Shown one piece after another: positions 14,089-23,740 of a stretch of 64,000 bases of DNA. Position 1 is the first letter of the stretch, and every line of letters starts with the position of its first letter. The DNA is taken from the NCBI GenBank assembly GCA_021159885.1, contig JAGHDO010000057.1, forward strand, positions 1,418-65,417, given 5' to 3'. The translations under genes and the position numbers were made by a program. Under the pieces are notes generated by a model. The model made no database searches. It was not told the DNA's origin and saw nothing but the letters and a program-made list of their open reading frames with translations. This DNA is from Synergistota bacterium. GTDB taxonomy: Bacteria; Synergistota; GBS-1.

Positions 14089-15155
14089 TACACTCGCCTC
14101 CTTTTATAAAATGGAAGATTCACAACCGTGGCTTTCTTCCTTTTTCCCCTAATTTCTACTTCCAGATTCCTCTCCTTTATATTAGGCTTTATATAAGCCA
14201 TTCCTATATATTCCCTTAAGGAAGGAGAATATCCTCCACTTGTTATATATCCGATTTCTTCACCTTCGCAAAACACCTTTTGACCTGGGCGAGGAACCCC
14301 TTTTTCAAGAAGCTTGACACCGATTAGCCTCTTTTCAGGCTTTCTTGTTATTAGTCCGTTTCTTCCAATGAAATCTCTGCCTAAGTCGATGAACTTTTCC
14401 AGACTTGCCTCAATCGGTGTGGTCTCTTCGTTAAGCTCGTGTCCATAAAGAGGCATGCCCGCTTCCATCCTTAGGCTATCTCTCGCTCCCAGCCCGCAGG
14501 GTTTCGCTCCAAGCTCGATCACTTCATCCCAGATCCTTAGGATATGGTTGTTATCCGTATAAACTTCAAAGCCGATCTCTCCGGTATATCCCGTTCTCGA
14601 GACGAGTATAGTGCTCGCTCCGCTTTTTGTCTCTAATCCTTCACGAAAGGAGTAATATTTAAGCTCGCTTAAGGCAAATCCAAAGAGCTTTTCAAATATC
14701 CTGCCAGATTTCGGACCCTGAATCGATATGGCAGATATTTCTTCCGATCGGTTCATAACCTCTGCTTCATTTGTGATGAGCTCCTTTATCCAGTTAAAAT
14801 CCTTTTCTATGTTGCCTGCATTTACCACGAGTAGAAATCTTTCTTCATGAAGTGAATATATTATCAGGTCATCGACTATCCCTCCATTCTCGTTGAGAAG
14901 AAAGGAGTAGGAAGCTCGGCATGGAGTGAGCTTATTTGCGTGAACGGGAGTGATTTTGAGAATGGCATCTTTCGCTCTTTTTCCAGTTATCTCTATCTCA
15001 CCCATATGACTTATGTCGAAGACTCCGACCCCATTTCTAACCTCTAAGTGTTCAGATATTATGCCCTCGTATTGAACGGGCATTTCCCAACCACTGAACT
15101 CTATCATCTTTCCCCCGAGATTAAGATGTCTCTCATAAAGGGGGGTTCTTTTCAT
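14088..15155 (-). CDS. gcvT: Glycine cleavage system aminomethyltransferase T
   Basis: The 355-aa ORF belongs to the GcvT family and lies in the gcv operon. Confidence 0.9.
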   Translation of the reverse strand: MKRTPLYERHLNLGGKMIEFSGWEMPVQYEGIISEHLEVRNGVGVFDISHMGEIEITGKRAKDAILKITPVHANKLTPCRASYSFLLNENGGIVDDLIIYSLHEERFLLVVNAGNIEKDFNWIKELITNEAEVMNRSEEISAISIQGPKSGRIFEKLFGFALSELKYYSFREGLETKSGASTILVSRTGYTGEIGFEVYTDNNHILRIWDEVIELGAKPCGLGARDSLRMEAGMPLYGHELNEETTPIEASLEKFIDLGRDFIGRNGLITRKPEKRLIGVKLLEKGVPRPGQKVFCEGEEIGYITSGGYSPSLREYIGMAYIKPNIKERNLEVEIRGKRKKATVVNLPFYKRRRV

Positions 15156-15585
15156 CTTTCATCATCTCCTTAAGGAGATTTAGTATAGGTAAAGCAGGCT
15201 TAATATCTATTATTGGCGAACCATTGAGGGCATCCAAACCGATAACATCGAGTTCTTTCTCTCGCGTTTCGATTACTCTGACCACCGATACGCCTATGGG
15301 ATTAGGTCTATAAGGGCTACATGTTAAAAAAACACCTCTTTCGGGATTTCTCGGATCTCCCTTAGGATGGACCTTGAGACGATATCCTTTAGCTTTGTGA
15401 AAGACAAAGAGGATCAAAAGCACGTCCCCCTTTTTTAATCCGCTCAATCCCTTGAGAAATTGAGGAAATATAAATATGGTAGAGGGATGCCTCGCTATCT
15501 CTTCAGGCAGGGTGGGGGAATCAAAAGCGTTTTTAACCATGCCTATGGGTTTTAGCTCAAGCGATTTCGACTCTATTTCTCCCAC
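15133..15585 (-). CDS. TsaA/YaeB (TrmO)-family SAM-dependent tRNA methyltransferase
   Basis: The 150-aa ORF has the RPNPIG motif and IIDIKP near the C-terminus, typical of the TrmO/YaeB fold. Confidence 0.75.
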   Translation of the reverse strand: MGEIESKSLELKPIGMVKNAFDSPTLPEEIARHPSTIFIFPQFLKGLSGLKKGDVLLILFVFHKAKGYRLKVHPKGDPRNPERGVFLTCSPYRPNPIGVSVVRVIETREKELDVIGLDALNGSPIIDIKPALPILNLLKEMMKDEKNPPL

Positions 15586-17431
15586 CTTCCTTTGCCCTGT
15601 AGAGGGCTTTGTCAGCTCTTTTTAGAAGCTCCTCCGGCGTAGCTCCATCTTCTGGGAAAGTGGCAACGCCAAAGCTACAGGTTATATTTATTCTGAGAGG
15701 TGGTTCTTCCTTTCTGTATGTAAAGGGGAAGCTCTCTATTTCTTTTCTTAAGCGCTCTGCCACTTTTATAGCATTCTTCTTACTGGCACCTGGAAGTATT
15801 ATGACGAATTCCTCTCCACCATATCTGTAGATGGTATCTTCGGATCTTAGCTTGGAATGAATCAACCTTACTAAGCTTTTAAGAATATAATCTCCAACCT
15901 GATGACCATAGGTATCGTTTATCCTCTTGAAGTGGTCGATATCGAGCATTATTATTGAAATATGCTCCTCTCTTACCCTTGCTTCCTCGAGCTTTTCTGC
16001 GAGATCCGTGTCAAGAGTTCTTCTGTTAAAAGCTCCGGTTAGATGGTCCCTTGAGGATAGCTTTTGCAAAACTTCATTTGCTCTTTCAAGCTGCATCTGA
16101 AGCTCTATTATCTCGCTTATATCTATAAATGAGTGAAGAAAGACCCTCTTTTCGCTGCACATCGATGACTTCAAAATTACGTGTATATTTTCGCCCGTTT
16201 CCTTTCTGAACCTAATTTGGCAGTCTTCTTGGGTTCCCCTTCTAACGTTAGCGATATATTTCGAGAAGATAGGTCTATCCTCTGGGTGTATAAGATCGCT
16301 TATGGATCTCCCGATGAGTTCCTCTTCTTTCTTTCCTGTAAGCTCTGAGAAGGAGCGATTTACGCTCGTTATAGTGTGTCCATCGCCAGAGCATATCGCT
16401 ATTCCCACCTGAGCGGTTTCCCATGTTAAAAGAAGAAAACTCACTTCCCTTCTTAAGCGGTGTGTTAAGAGAGCAGCGAGTAATAAGCTGAGCAGAGCTC
16501 CCGCTCCGACGATCGTTCCCACGACGGTATTCATTCTTCTGATTTTTTCCCTGACATCTTCCTCATACACTGTGGCTAATACATACCATTTCAAAGGCCT
16601 GTAATATCTCACAAAGCCAAGTTTCCTTACGATGCTTTTCCCATCGGGGGAATACCAGAGATAACTGAAAACGTGCTTCTTTTTCTTTGCTGCTTCCTTA
16701 ATAAGATTCAACATGGATCTCCCTCTTTCAGGTTCTGGTGGAATCTTTTTACCCTCGAGCTTTGGATTTGGATGAAGGAGTATCTTGCCGTCTTCAGAGA
16801 GGATTGCGATATATCCGGTTTTCTCAAGTTTTATGCCCTTTAGGGCATTTCTCAAGTTGAAAATAGATTGATAGTATCTTACCTTGAAATCTTCCTCGAG
16901 CCTCTCCAAGGAGTAGGTAGACATTGCTATCCATCCCATTTTGGGGTAGTGCTTGAAATAGAGAAGATATGGATGCCCCTCGCTCCTAAACTGCATAAAG
17001 GTTTCTCCAGAGATCTTGGCGCTTTTGATACCCTTCTTTATAAGCTCGGGGGGAAAGATGCTTTTCCCCCCGAGAATCTTTTTTCCAGTTTCATCATATA
17101 TAAAGAGCTTTATATTCCTAAGGTTTTGAATGGCTCTTTCCTTGTTTATTTTCCCTCTCACCTTCTTTATGAGCGCTACGGCTGATAGAGTAAAGCTTTT
17201 CAGATCCTTGTGTATTTCCATTAGCCTTGATTGTTTTTCCTGGTATAGGTTTTCAAACTGCAGATCTATGAGTCTTATGGTACTGTTTAAGATGGCGTTT
17301 ATAAGTCTCTCTTCCGCGGAATATACCGTGTCTCTTATCGATGACAGAACTGGTATCAGTATTATGGGAATGGTTATTAAGACTATAATACCTCCGATTA
17401 CAACTATGCTTAAGGATAGCGCTTTCCTCAC
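15557..17431 (-). CDS. Membrane sensor diguanylate cyclase (N-terminal TM, periplasmic Cache-like domain, PAS, GGDEF)
   Basis: The 624-aa ORF has an N-terminal transmembrane helix, a ~250-aa extracytoplasmic region, a second transmembrane helix, a PAS-like segment and a C-terminal GGDEF domain with the RYGGEEF motif. Confidence 0.8.
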   Translation of the reverse strand: MRKALSLSIVVIGGIIVLITIPIILIPVLSSIRDTVYSAEERLINAILNSTIRLIDLQFENLYQEKQSRLMEIHKDLKSFTLSAVALIKKVRGKINKERAIQNLRNIKLFIYDETGKKILGGKSIFPPELIKKGIKSAKISGETFMQFRSEGHPYLLYFKHYPKMGWIAMSTYSLERLEEDFKVRYYQSIFNLRNALKGIKLEKTGYIAILSEDGKILLHPNPKLEGKKIPPEPERGRSMLNLIKEAAKKKKHVFSYLWYSPDGKSIVRKLGFVRYYRPLKWYVLATVYEEDVREKIRRMNTVVGTIVGAGALLSLLLAALLTHRLRREVSFLLLTWETAQVGIAICSGDGHTITSVNRSFSELTGKKEEELIGRSISDLIHPEDRPIFSKYIANVRRGTQEDCQIRFRKETGENIHVILKSSMCSEKRVFLHSFIDISEIIELQMQLERANEVLQKLSSRDHLTGAFNRRTLDTDLAEKLEEARVREEHISIIMLDIDHFKRINDTYGHQVGDYILKSLVRLIHSKLRSEDTIYRYGGEEFVIILPGASKKNAIKVAERLRKEIESFPFTYRKEEPPLRINITCSFGVATFPEDGATPEELLKRADKALYRAKEGGRNRVEIA

Positions 17432-17946
17432 TTACTTTCACACCCTCTTAGGAAGCTTTTTAAAGCTTTCCTATAAAACTTCTTTAGCTCTTCTTTGGAA
17501 TGTTTTTTGTTTCTTCTACACTCTATCCATGATAGGTCACATAAGAAGCATTTTCTTTCCTCTAAGCCGAGGTCTCTACGCGAGATTTTGCTTCCATCCG
17601 CTTTCAACACATCAATGTCAAGGAGTCTTCCTATGGGGTGTTTTTCCTCCAGCTCTATGGTTATTTTCTTGACCCGCGTTGGATCACCTCGCACGCCAGC
17701 TACAAAATATGGATACGCTCCTTCATTTTTAAAGAGAATTTCATTGAAAGCTATTCCTGCTCGCTCGAGAGCGAGCAGGACATCGCTTACAATTAGTGCC
17801 AGTGCCTTAAAAGTTTCAGGGTCCCTTTTAGTTTCACCAGGCGAGTTAAGGGTAACGCTTATTGCGCTTCCTTTACTTCGTAGTGCTATCTTAAGGGCGT
17901 TTTTCCACTTTTCCTCTCTTGTTTTTAAAACCTCCTCAAGATTCAT
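17428..17946 (-). CDS. citX: Apo-citrate lyase phosphoribosyl-dephospho-CoA transferase (holo-ACP synthase)
   Basis: The 172-aa ORF has the GRLLDIDV motif typical of CitX and lies at the 3' end of the cit cluster. Confidence 0.75.
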   Translation of the reverse strand: MNLEEVLKTREEKWKNALKIALRSKGSAISVTLNSPGETKRDPETFKALALIVSDVLLALERAGIAFNEILFKNEGAYPYFVAGVRGDPTRVKKITIELEEKHPIGRLLDIDVLKADGSKISRRDLGLEERKCFLCDLSWIECRRNKKHSKEELKKFYRKALKSFLRGCESK

Positions 17947-19483
17947 CTTCTATTCCGTAAACTACATCTATGACCGTTCCGTCTCTGTACTCTATAACTC
18001 CTATGATCTGATCTTTGAGTCTTAAAGGCTCGGGCTTTCCGACGAGCTTTATTGCCTTATCGAGTAGTTCCTCTATCGACACTATAGGAAGTTTTGCCTC
18101 CTTTGCTCTATTTAAAAGGTCTTGTCTTTTAGGATTTATGGCAACTCCATATTCACACACGAAGGCATCTATGGTCTCGCCGGGAGTGGTGACTGTCAGG
18201 ACCTTTTCGACCACCGTGGGAATCCTTCCCCTTATGAGCGGGCTTACTATGATGGTTAGCTTTGAACCGGCTGCGGTGTCGGAGTGCCCGCCCGTGCCGT
18301 GCGTCAAGGCGCCGTCTACTTCGGTATTGACATTGACGTTAAAGCTTGGGTCTATTTCAGTCGCGCCGAGTATAACGCAATCGAGCTTATTCACCAGGCA
18401 TCCAGCGTTATGCGGATTCGCATAAAAGCTTGCTGAGATTTCAACATGTTCATTATTTCTGAGAAGGGATCTAACCGCCTCGAGGTCAAAGCACTGGACG
18501 TCAAATAAGGTCTTGAAAACACCATCTTCGAGCATCTTTACAAAGTAGCTCGTTATTCCTCCCAGACCAAAACTTCCTTTTATCTTTTTCTCGATCATTT
18601 TTTCTCTTACAAAGCGTGCTACCGCCAAGGATATGCCTCCTGCTCCCGTTTGGAAGGAAAAGCCATCCTTGAGCAGCCCTGACGCTTCTATAAGGTCGGC
18701 GGCGTTCTTTGCTATCTTCAATCTCATGGGATCTCGCGTTATTCGCGTCGTTCCCGATACTATCCCCTTGGGGTCACCAAGATGCTCAACCTCAACGACA
18801 TAGTCGACATATATCTGGGGTATAGAGATTGGGGTGAGGGGAAAGTCCACGAGATTATCCGTTATTGCTACTACTTGGTCAGCAAACATTGCGTCCGTGA
18901 ACGCGTACCCGAGAGATCCGCAGCTCGAGGGACCCATAACGCCGTTTAAGTTCCCGTAATGGTCGGCTGCGGGAGCCGCTATAAAGGCGACATCTATGTG
19001 AAGATCTCCGTCTTCTATGGCTCTCGCTCTTCCTCCATGACTTCTGAATACTACAGGGTATTCCATTACCCCTTTTGAGATGGCTCTTCCGAGGGGACCA
19101 TTTATATTACCGTAGATCCTTGAAATTGTTCCCTTCCTGATATACTTTTCGAGCTCTCTATGTGTGGGGAAGAGAGCGGTGGGGACGAGGGTTATATCCT
19201 TTATGCCAAGCTTATCTATTGCTTCAACGACTTGGAGAACGACTCTATCTCCGTTCCTCAGATGGTGATGGAAGGATATACTCATCCCGTCCTTGAGCTC
19301 AACGGCTTTGATTACATCCTCCAGGGATTTTACCACCTTTGATGTCCGGGTTGGATAGGTGGCTTTCTTTGGGGGAGATGCCTTTCTTCCAGATGGTATA
19401 TGCTTTCCAACTCCCTTAAAGGGAATAGTCTTACCATATCCTTTTATTTCCTCTGGGATTTCTCTTCCTACGGCGTTTCTCAA
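17936..19483 (-). CDS. citF: Citrate lyase alpha subunit (citrate CoA-transferase)
   Basis: The 515-aa ORF has the size and motifs of CitF and sits in citCDEF order. Confidence 0.88.
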   Translation of the reverse strand: MRNAVGREIPEEIKGYGKTIPFKGVGKHIPSGRKASPPKKATYPTRTSKVVKSLEDVIKAVELKDGMSISFHHHLRNGDRVVLQVVEAIDKLGIKDITLVPTALFPTHRELEKYIRKGTISRIYGNINGPLGRAISKGVMEYPVVFRSHGGRARAIEDGDLHIDVAFIAAPAADHYGNLNGVMGPSSCGSLGYAFTDAMFADQVVAITDNLVDFPLTPISIPQIYVDYVVEVEHLGDPKGIVSGTTRITRDPMRLKIAKNAADLIEASGLLKDGFSFQTGAGGISLAVARFVREKMIEKKIKGSFGLGGITSYFVKMLEDGVFKTLFDVQCFDLEAVRSLLRNNEHVEISASFYANPHNAGCLVNKLDCVILGATEIDPSFNVNVNTEVDGALTHGTGGHSDTAAGSKLTIIVSPLIRGRIPTVVEKVLTVTTPGETIDAFVCEYGVAINPKRQDLLNRAKEAKLPIVSIEELLDKAIKLVGKPEPLRLKDQIIGVIEYRDGTVIDVVYGIEDES

Positions 19484-19487
19484 GGCT

Positions 19488-20363
19488 CTACACCTCCTCG
19501 GTTAGTTCTCCGGCTAAAAAGAGTGTTCTCTTTGCTCTTGCGACGACGGGAGCGTCTATCATTCTTCCATCGAGAGCTACAACGCCACTCTTTCTTTCCA
19601 TTGCTTCCTTATAAGCTTTTATTATCCTGCGAGCTTTTTCTACTTCTTCCTTAGCTGGTGTGAATACTTGGTGTATTGGCTCTATTTGGTTCGGATGTAT
19701 GACCGATTTACCATCGAAACCAAGTTGCTTTATAAGCTTAGTTTCCTCAATTAGTCCTTCAGTATCGTTTATATCGGGGAATACGGTATCGAGAGCGTCG
19801 ACTCCAGCCACTCTCGCGGCTAATACTATCTGAGAGCGGGCATAAAATAGCTCCTCTCCACTTTTGGTTCTATTTGTTCTCATAGATGCGGTGTAGTCCT
19901 CTGCTCCGAAAACTAAAGCGGTTATCCTCTTCGATGCGGTTGCTATCTCGTAAGCGTTAAATACACCCTTTGCCGTCTCGAGTATTGCGAAGAGTTTAAC
20001 GCTTCCAACTTCTATCCCATTTTTCTCCTCTATTTCGCTGATTAACTCATCTATTCTTTTTATTTCCTCTGCTGATTCACACTTTGGCATTCTTATACCA
20101 TCCGGCTTACATGGGACTATTTCTCGCAAGTCATCCAATCCGTACGGGGTATCGATATGGTTGACTCTTACCGTGACCTCGCATTTGCCGAAGTCATGCG
20201 ATAATAAAAAGTGCTTAACAAGGTTCCTTGCTGCATCTTTTTCGTTTATCGATACCGAGTCCTCAAGGTCGAGTATTATTCCATCTGCTCCAAATATTCC
20301 TGCGGAGCCCATGAGTCCGGGATTATTGCCTGGAACATACATCATCGTTCTTCTGAGTCTCAT
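19488..20363 (-). CDS. citE: Citrate lyase beta subunit (citryl-CoA lyase)
   Basis: The 291-aa ORF belongs to the HpcH/CitE family. Confidence 0.88.
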   Translation of the reverse strand: MRLRRTMMYVPGNNPGLMGSAGIFGADGIILDLEDSVSINEKDAARNLVKHFLLSHDFGKCEVTVRVNHIDTPYGLDDLREIVPCKPDGIRMPKCESAEEIKRIDELISEIEEKNGIEVGSVKLFAILETAKGVFNAYEIATASKRITALVFGAEDYTASMRTNRTKSGEELFYARSQIVLAARVAGVDALDTVFPDINDTEGLIEETKLIKQLGFDGKSVIHPNQIEPIHQVFTPAKEEVEKARRIIKAYKEAMERKSGVVALDGRMIDAPVVARAKRTLFLAGELTEEV

Positions 20364-20632
20364 TTTCCCTCTCCCCTCCTGAGCCTCAAAATCGCAGTTT
20401 CCAGGCGTGCCCTTAGAGTTGGATCCAGAGCTCCGTTGTCTTGAACCTGAACTTCGATATCCTTTTCCCCGAGGGAAGAAAGCGCTTCCTCGATTAGCTT
20501 CCTTATGTGTTCGCCAAATCTATACTTGCTCGTCCCTTCAATGCTAATCTTTACTCCGCTTCCCTCAGGTTGCTCCCGGACGGTGATTAACGCATCGCAC
20601 GACTCCAGGCTTCCGGCTTGAGCCACCCTCAT
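20360..20632 (-). CDS. citD: Citrate lyase acyl carrier protein (gamma subunit)
   Basis: The 90-aa ORF has the prosthetic-group serine in SLES near the N-terminus. Confidence 0.85.
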   Translation of the reverse strand: MRVAQAGSLESCDALITVREQPEGSGVKISIEGTSKYRFGEHIRKLIEEALSSLGEKDIEVQVQDNGALDPTLRARLETAILRLRRGEGK

Positions 20633-20652
20633 TTTTCTCCATCCCTCCCTCT

Positions 20653-21705
20653 TTAGTGCCTACTTTTGCTTTTCTTGATTCTCTCTATGATCGGCTTTGC
20701 CTCTTCCGAGATGAGAAACTCATAAGTGGTCATTGGAACAAATCTTTTTATATCTTCCCATGCGTCTTTTCTTATTAGGTCTCTGACTGTGGATGCGCTT
20801 ATAATTTCTCCTTTTTCGGTTCTCCTCCTCGGAATCTCAATGAGCTCTATTCCATGTTTGGGGAGAATTTCCTTCATGGCTTTATTAAACTGCGCGGTGA
20901 CTGGGCAGTATGGTTCCTCGGCAACGAATCTCTTCCTTATTCCTAACGCTGGGGCTATGTATTTTGCGAATATGGAAACATCGAGTCTTGCTTGTGAAAG
21001 GGCTATTTCCAGCGATTCTCTACCTCTCAAAAAATAAGAGGGAAAGGTAGCGGATGATACTGCATAATCTCCACCTTTAAGCACTTTGACGTTTTTAAGA
21101 TGTTTAGTTCCTTCTCTTACCAGCTTATATCTAACTTTAAAGGGAAAAAGCGATCGTTCCTCTTCTACCACTATTATGTAAACAAACTCGCTTCTGGAAG
21201 CTGCGGTTTCTATGAGATGTTGATGTCCTAAGGTGAAGGGATTGCAGTTAACTACGCATCCAGAGGCATCTTTAACGTTCTCTACTCTATTTTCTCTGAG
21301 GTAGCTTATATAGTCATCTATTCCACCTATACCGCCCTCAAGCAGCACGAAGAGGGGCTCTCCTTTTGCTAATTCTCTGAATCCGAGCTCTTTGAATCTC
21401 TCTGCTCCCTCCGGCGAGGTAAAGATGAAGTAGTGGAATCTTCCCCTATTCCTTAACTCTTCTATAAGGGTGCTGACTATCTTTCCCGCCAGTCCGGCTT
21501 CCTGATAGTCAGGATCCACCCCTATGCATTTTAGGACCTTGCCTTCAAATGAACCTGTTCCAACGATTTCTCCTCTTGAATTTTTTAAAGCTAATGTATA
21601 TTCTACTCCCTCCTCAAGCTGTAAGCCGAGTTTTTCAAGAAAGCGCTTTATTTCTTTTCTCTCTTCAGGATTGTGCAGATCTACTTCCTTAATGGTGAAT
21701 TCCAT
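20653..21705 (-). CDS. citC: [Citrate (pro-3S)-lyase] ligase
   Basis: The 350-aa ORF has an N-terminal acetyltransferase-like domain and a nucleotidyltransferase-like domain (CNPFTLGHQHL). Confidence 0.88.
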   Translation of the reverse strand: MEFTIKEVDLHNPEERKEIKRFLEKLGLQLEEGVEYTLALKNSRGEIVGTGSFEGKVLKCIGVDPDYQEAGLAGKIVSTLIEELRNRGRFHYFIFTSPEGAERFKELGFRELAKGEPLFVLLEGGIGGIDDYISYLRENRVENVKDASGCVVNCNPFTLGHQHLIETAASRSEFVYIIVVEEERSLFPFKVRYKLVREGTKHLKNVKVLKGGDYAVSSATFPSYFLRGRESLEIALSQARLDVSIFAKYIAPALGIRKRFVAEEPYCPVTAQFNKAMKEILPKHGIELIEIPRRRTEKGEIISASTVRDLIRKDAWEDIKRFVPMTTYEFLISEEAKPIIERIKKSKSRH

Positions 21706-21816
21706 GGGCTATCACCTCAAAACATATTATAAATTAGCTTGAGTGAGCTTTCAATTGGTATTTTACAGAGAGCTATATCTATGTTAAAATTTCTTTGAAA
21801 AAGGAGGTGTTCAAGG

Positions 21817-22785
21817 ATAGGGGAAAGCAGGATTGCCGTTATAACCACGGGTGGTACGATATCTATGGAAGATACTGAGGGAGAAGGGCTAATGCCGGTC
21901 CTAAGGGGGAGTGATCTTCTCGCTGATTTACCTCTTCCCGCTGGCGTTTCTGAGATTGAGGTGAAGGATTGGAAAACCGTCCCTTCGAGTCATCTTCGAG
22001 TTAAGGATGTCATTGATCTCGCTAAGCTGATTAGAGAGCTATCTCAGAGCTTTGATGGAATAGTCGTGGTTCAGGGGACAGATACGCTTGAGGAGATATC
22101 CTATATGATTGACTTGCTTTATGGCGGATCCGCACCAGTTGTCTTTACGGGTGCTATGTATCCTCCTCGCTTCATAGGAAGCGATGCTAAGAGAAACCTA
22201 TTTAACGCAATTAGAGTAGCTTCTTGTTTCGATGCTATAGGTCAAGGAGCGCTTGTGGTTATGAACGATGAGGTACATTCAGCTGTTGAGGTTATTAAGC
22301 TTAAATCTTTTGGAGTAGATGCTTTTTCCTCCTTGCCTTTTGGCCCCATAGGGGTTATAACGCCTAAAGGAGTAGAGTTTAGGAGGAAGCTCCTTAAAAG
22401 GGAGTTCTATGAAACCGAAGATCTTGAGGAGAAAGTTGCTTTAGTAAAGACCTGCTTTTCCATGAATCCAGATACGCTTGATCTTTTCATCTCTTCTGGT
22501 TATAAGGGTATAGTTCTGGAAGCGATGGGATGTGGAAATGTTCCTCCCGTTCTCGTTCCTTCAATAAGAGAGGCGATTCGCAATGGTATCCCGGTGGTTT
22601 TATCCAGCAGATGCTCAGGCTCTGACATCGTTCCGATATATGGGTATGAGGGGGGGAGTCTTTATCTTGTAAGGGAAGGGGTCATATCAGCAGGCAGGCT
22701 TAACGGCTTGAAGGCCAGGATAAAGCTTATGGTCCTTCTGGGTATAACCAGGGACCTCGAGGAGTTAAAGGAGAGGTTTTCTTAG
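21817..22785 (+). CDS. ansA: L-asparaginase (type I family); start codon uncertain
   Basis: The open frame from 21799 encodes the asparaginase hallmark IAVITTGGTI, which lies upstream of the first ATG (21865). No ATG/GTG/TTG follows the in-frame stop at 21796-98. An ATA at 21817 sits 10 nt downstream of an AAGGAGG RBS. Confidence 0.7.
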   Translation: MGESRIAVITTGGTISMEDTEGEGLMPVLRGSDLLADLPLPAGVSEIEVKDWKTVPSSHLRVKDVIDLAKLIRELSQSFDGIVVVQGTDTLEEISYMIDLLYGGSAPVVFTGAMYPPRFIGSDAKRNLFNAIRVASCFDAIGQGALVVMNDEVHSAVEVIKLKSFGVDAFSSLPFGPIGVITPKGVEFRRKLLKREFYETEDLEEKVALVKTCFSMNPDTLDLFISSGYKGIVLEAMGCGNVPPVLVPSIREAIRNGIPVVLSSRCSGSDIVPIYGYEGGSLYLVREGVISAGRLNGLKARIKLMVLLGITRDLEELKERFS

Positions 22786-22804
22786 AAAGAGAGGTGTTTT
22801 CTAA

Positions 22805-23737
22805 GTGAAGGATAAGTTCGTAGGGGCTATATTGGGGCTTGCGATAGGGGATGCTCTGGGCATGCCTTTTGAGGGATGGACATCGAGAGACATAAGGAAG
22901 AAATGGGACAGGAAAAGCTTTCTCTCAAGAGCTGGCCTAAAACCTGGACAGTTTACGGATGATACTATGCTTGCTATCCTTCATGCGGAGAGCCTTATAG
23001 ATAAGGGAGATGTTGATCCAGGGGATATCGCGAGGAAATTCGTAGACTGGTACAAGAAAGGCGATACCCGCGGTATGGGAAAGATCACAACCGAGGCTGT
23101 AGAAAAGCTTCTTAAGGGAATCTCATGGAAAGAAAGTGGAATAGGAGGAGAGATGGCTGCGAGCAATGGAGGTGCCATGAGGATAGCTCCGGTTGCTCTT
23201 TTCTTCCATGATGACCTTAATTTACTTAAGGAGAAAGTTAAACTCGCGGTTGAAATTACGCATAAAAACCCTGAGGCGGTTAAGGGAGCGCAGGCAGTTG
23301 CTTATGCTGTTGCCCTTGCATGCAGAGGGGATGTTAATCCGAATATTCTTCTGAGGGAAACCGCTAAGTATATTGGTGAGTCTGAACTTGCTAAGAAGCT
23401 TGAGAAAGCACAGGGGTATCTCGGAGAGGGTTTTCCTCCGATGGATGCCTTACCGCTTCTCGGGATAAGCGCTTACGTGGTTGAAAGCGTTCCAAGTGCC
23501 CTTTACTGCTTTGCTTTTTCTCCTGATAGCTATCTTGGAAGCGTCGTTAATGCGGTTATGGCAGGTGGAGATACGGATACCATAGCGGCTATAGCGGGAG
23601 CGATAAGCGGTGCTTTTAACGGTGTAGGCGGTATACCGGAGAAATGGTTAAATGGCATTGAGAGAAAAGACTACCTTGTTTCCCTTGGGGAAAAGCTTTA
23701 TGAGGCTTGGAATGAAAAGAGGGGAGGAAGAGCTTAA
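22805..23737 (+). CDS. ADP-ribosylglycohydrolase family protein
   Basis: The 310-aa ORF has a GTG start. It carries DraG/ARH-like motifs (GAILGLAIGDALGMPFEG, DTDTIAAIAGAISGA). Confidence 0.85.
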   Translation: MKDKFVGAILGLAIGDALGMPFEGWTSRDIRKKWDRKSFLSRAGLKPGQFTDDTMLAILHAESLIDKGDVDPGDIARKFVDWYKKGDTRGMGKITTEAVEKLLKGISWKESGIGGEMAASNGGAMRIAPVALFFHDDLNLLKEKVKLAVEITHKNPEAVKGAQAVAYAVALACRGDVNPNILLRETAKYIGESELAKKLEKAQGYLGEGFPPMDALPLLGISAYVVESVPSALYCFAFSPDSYLGSVVNAVMAGGDTDTIAAIAGAISGAFNGVGGIPEKWLNGIERKDYLVSLGEKLYEAWNEKRGGRA

Positions 23738-23740
23738 AGC

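Noticed and set aside
15586-15660. Glycine riboswitch upstream of the gcv genes
   Set aside because: gcvT is preceded by overlapping coding sequence (trmO-like, then the DGC) with no intergenic leader, so there is no room for a tandem glycine aptamer.
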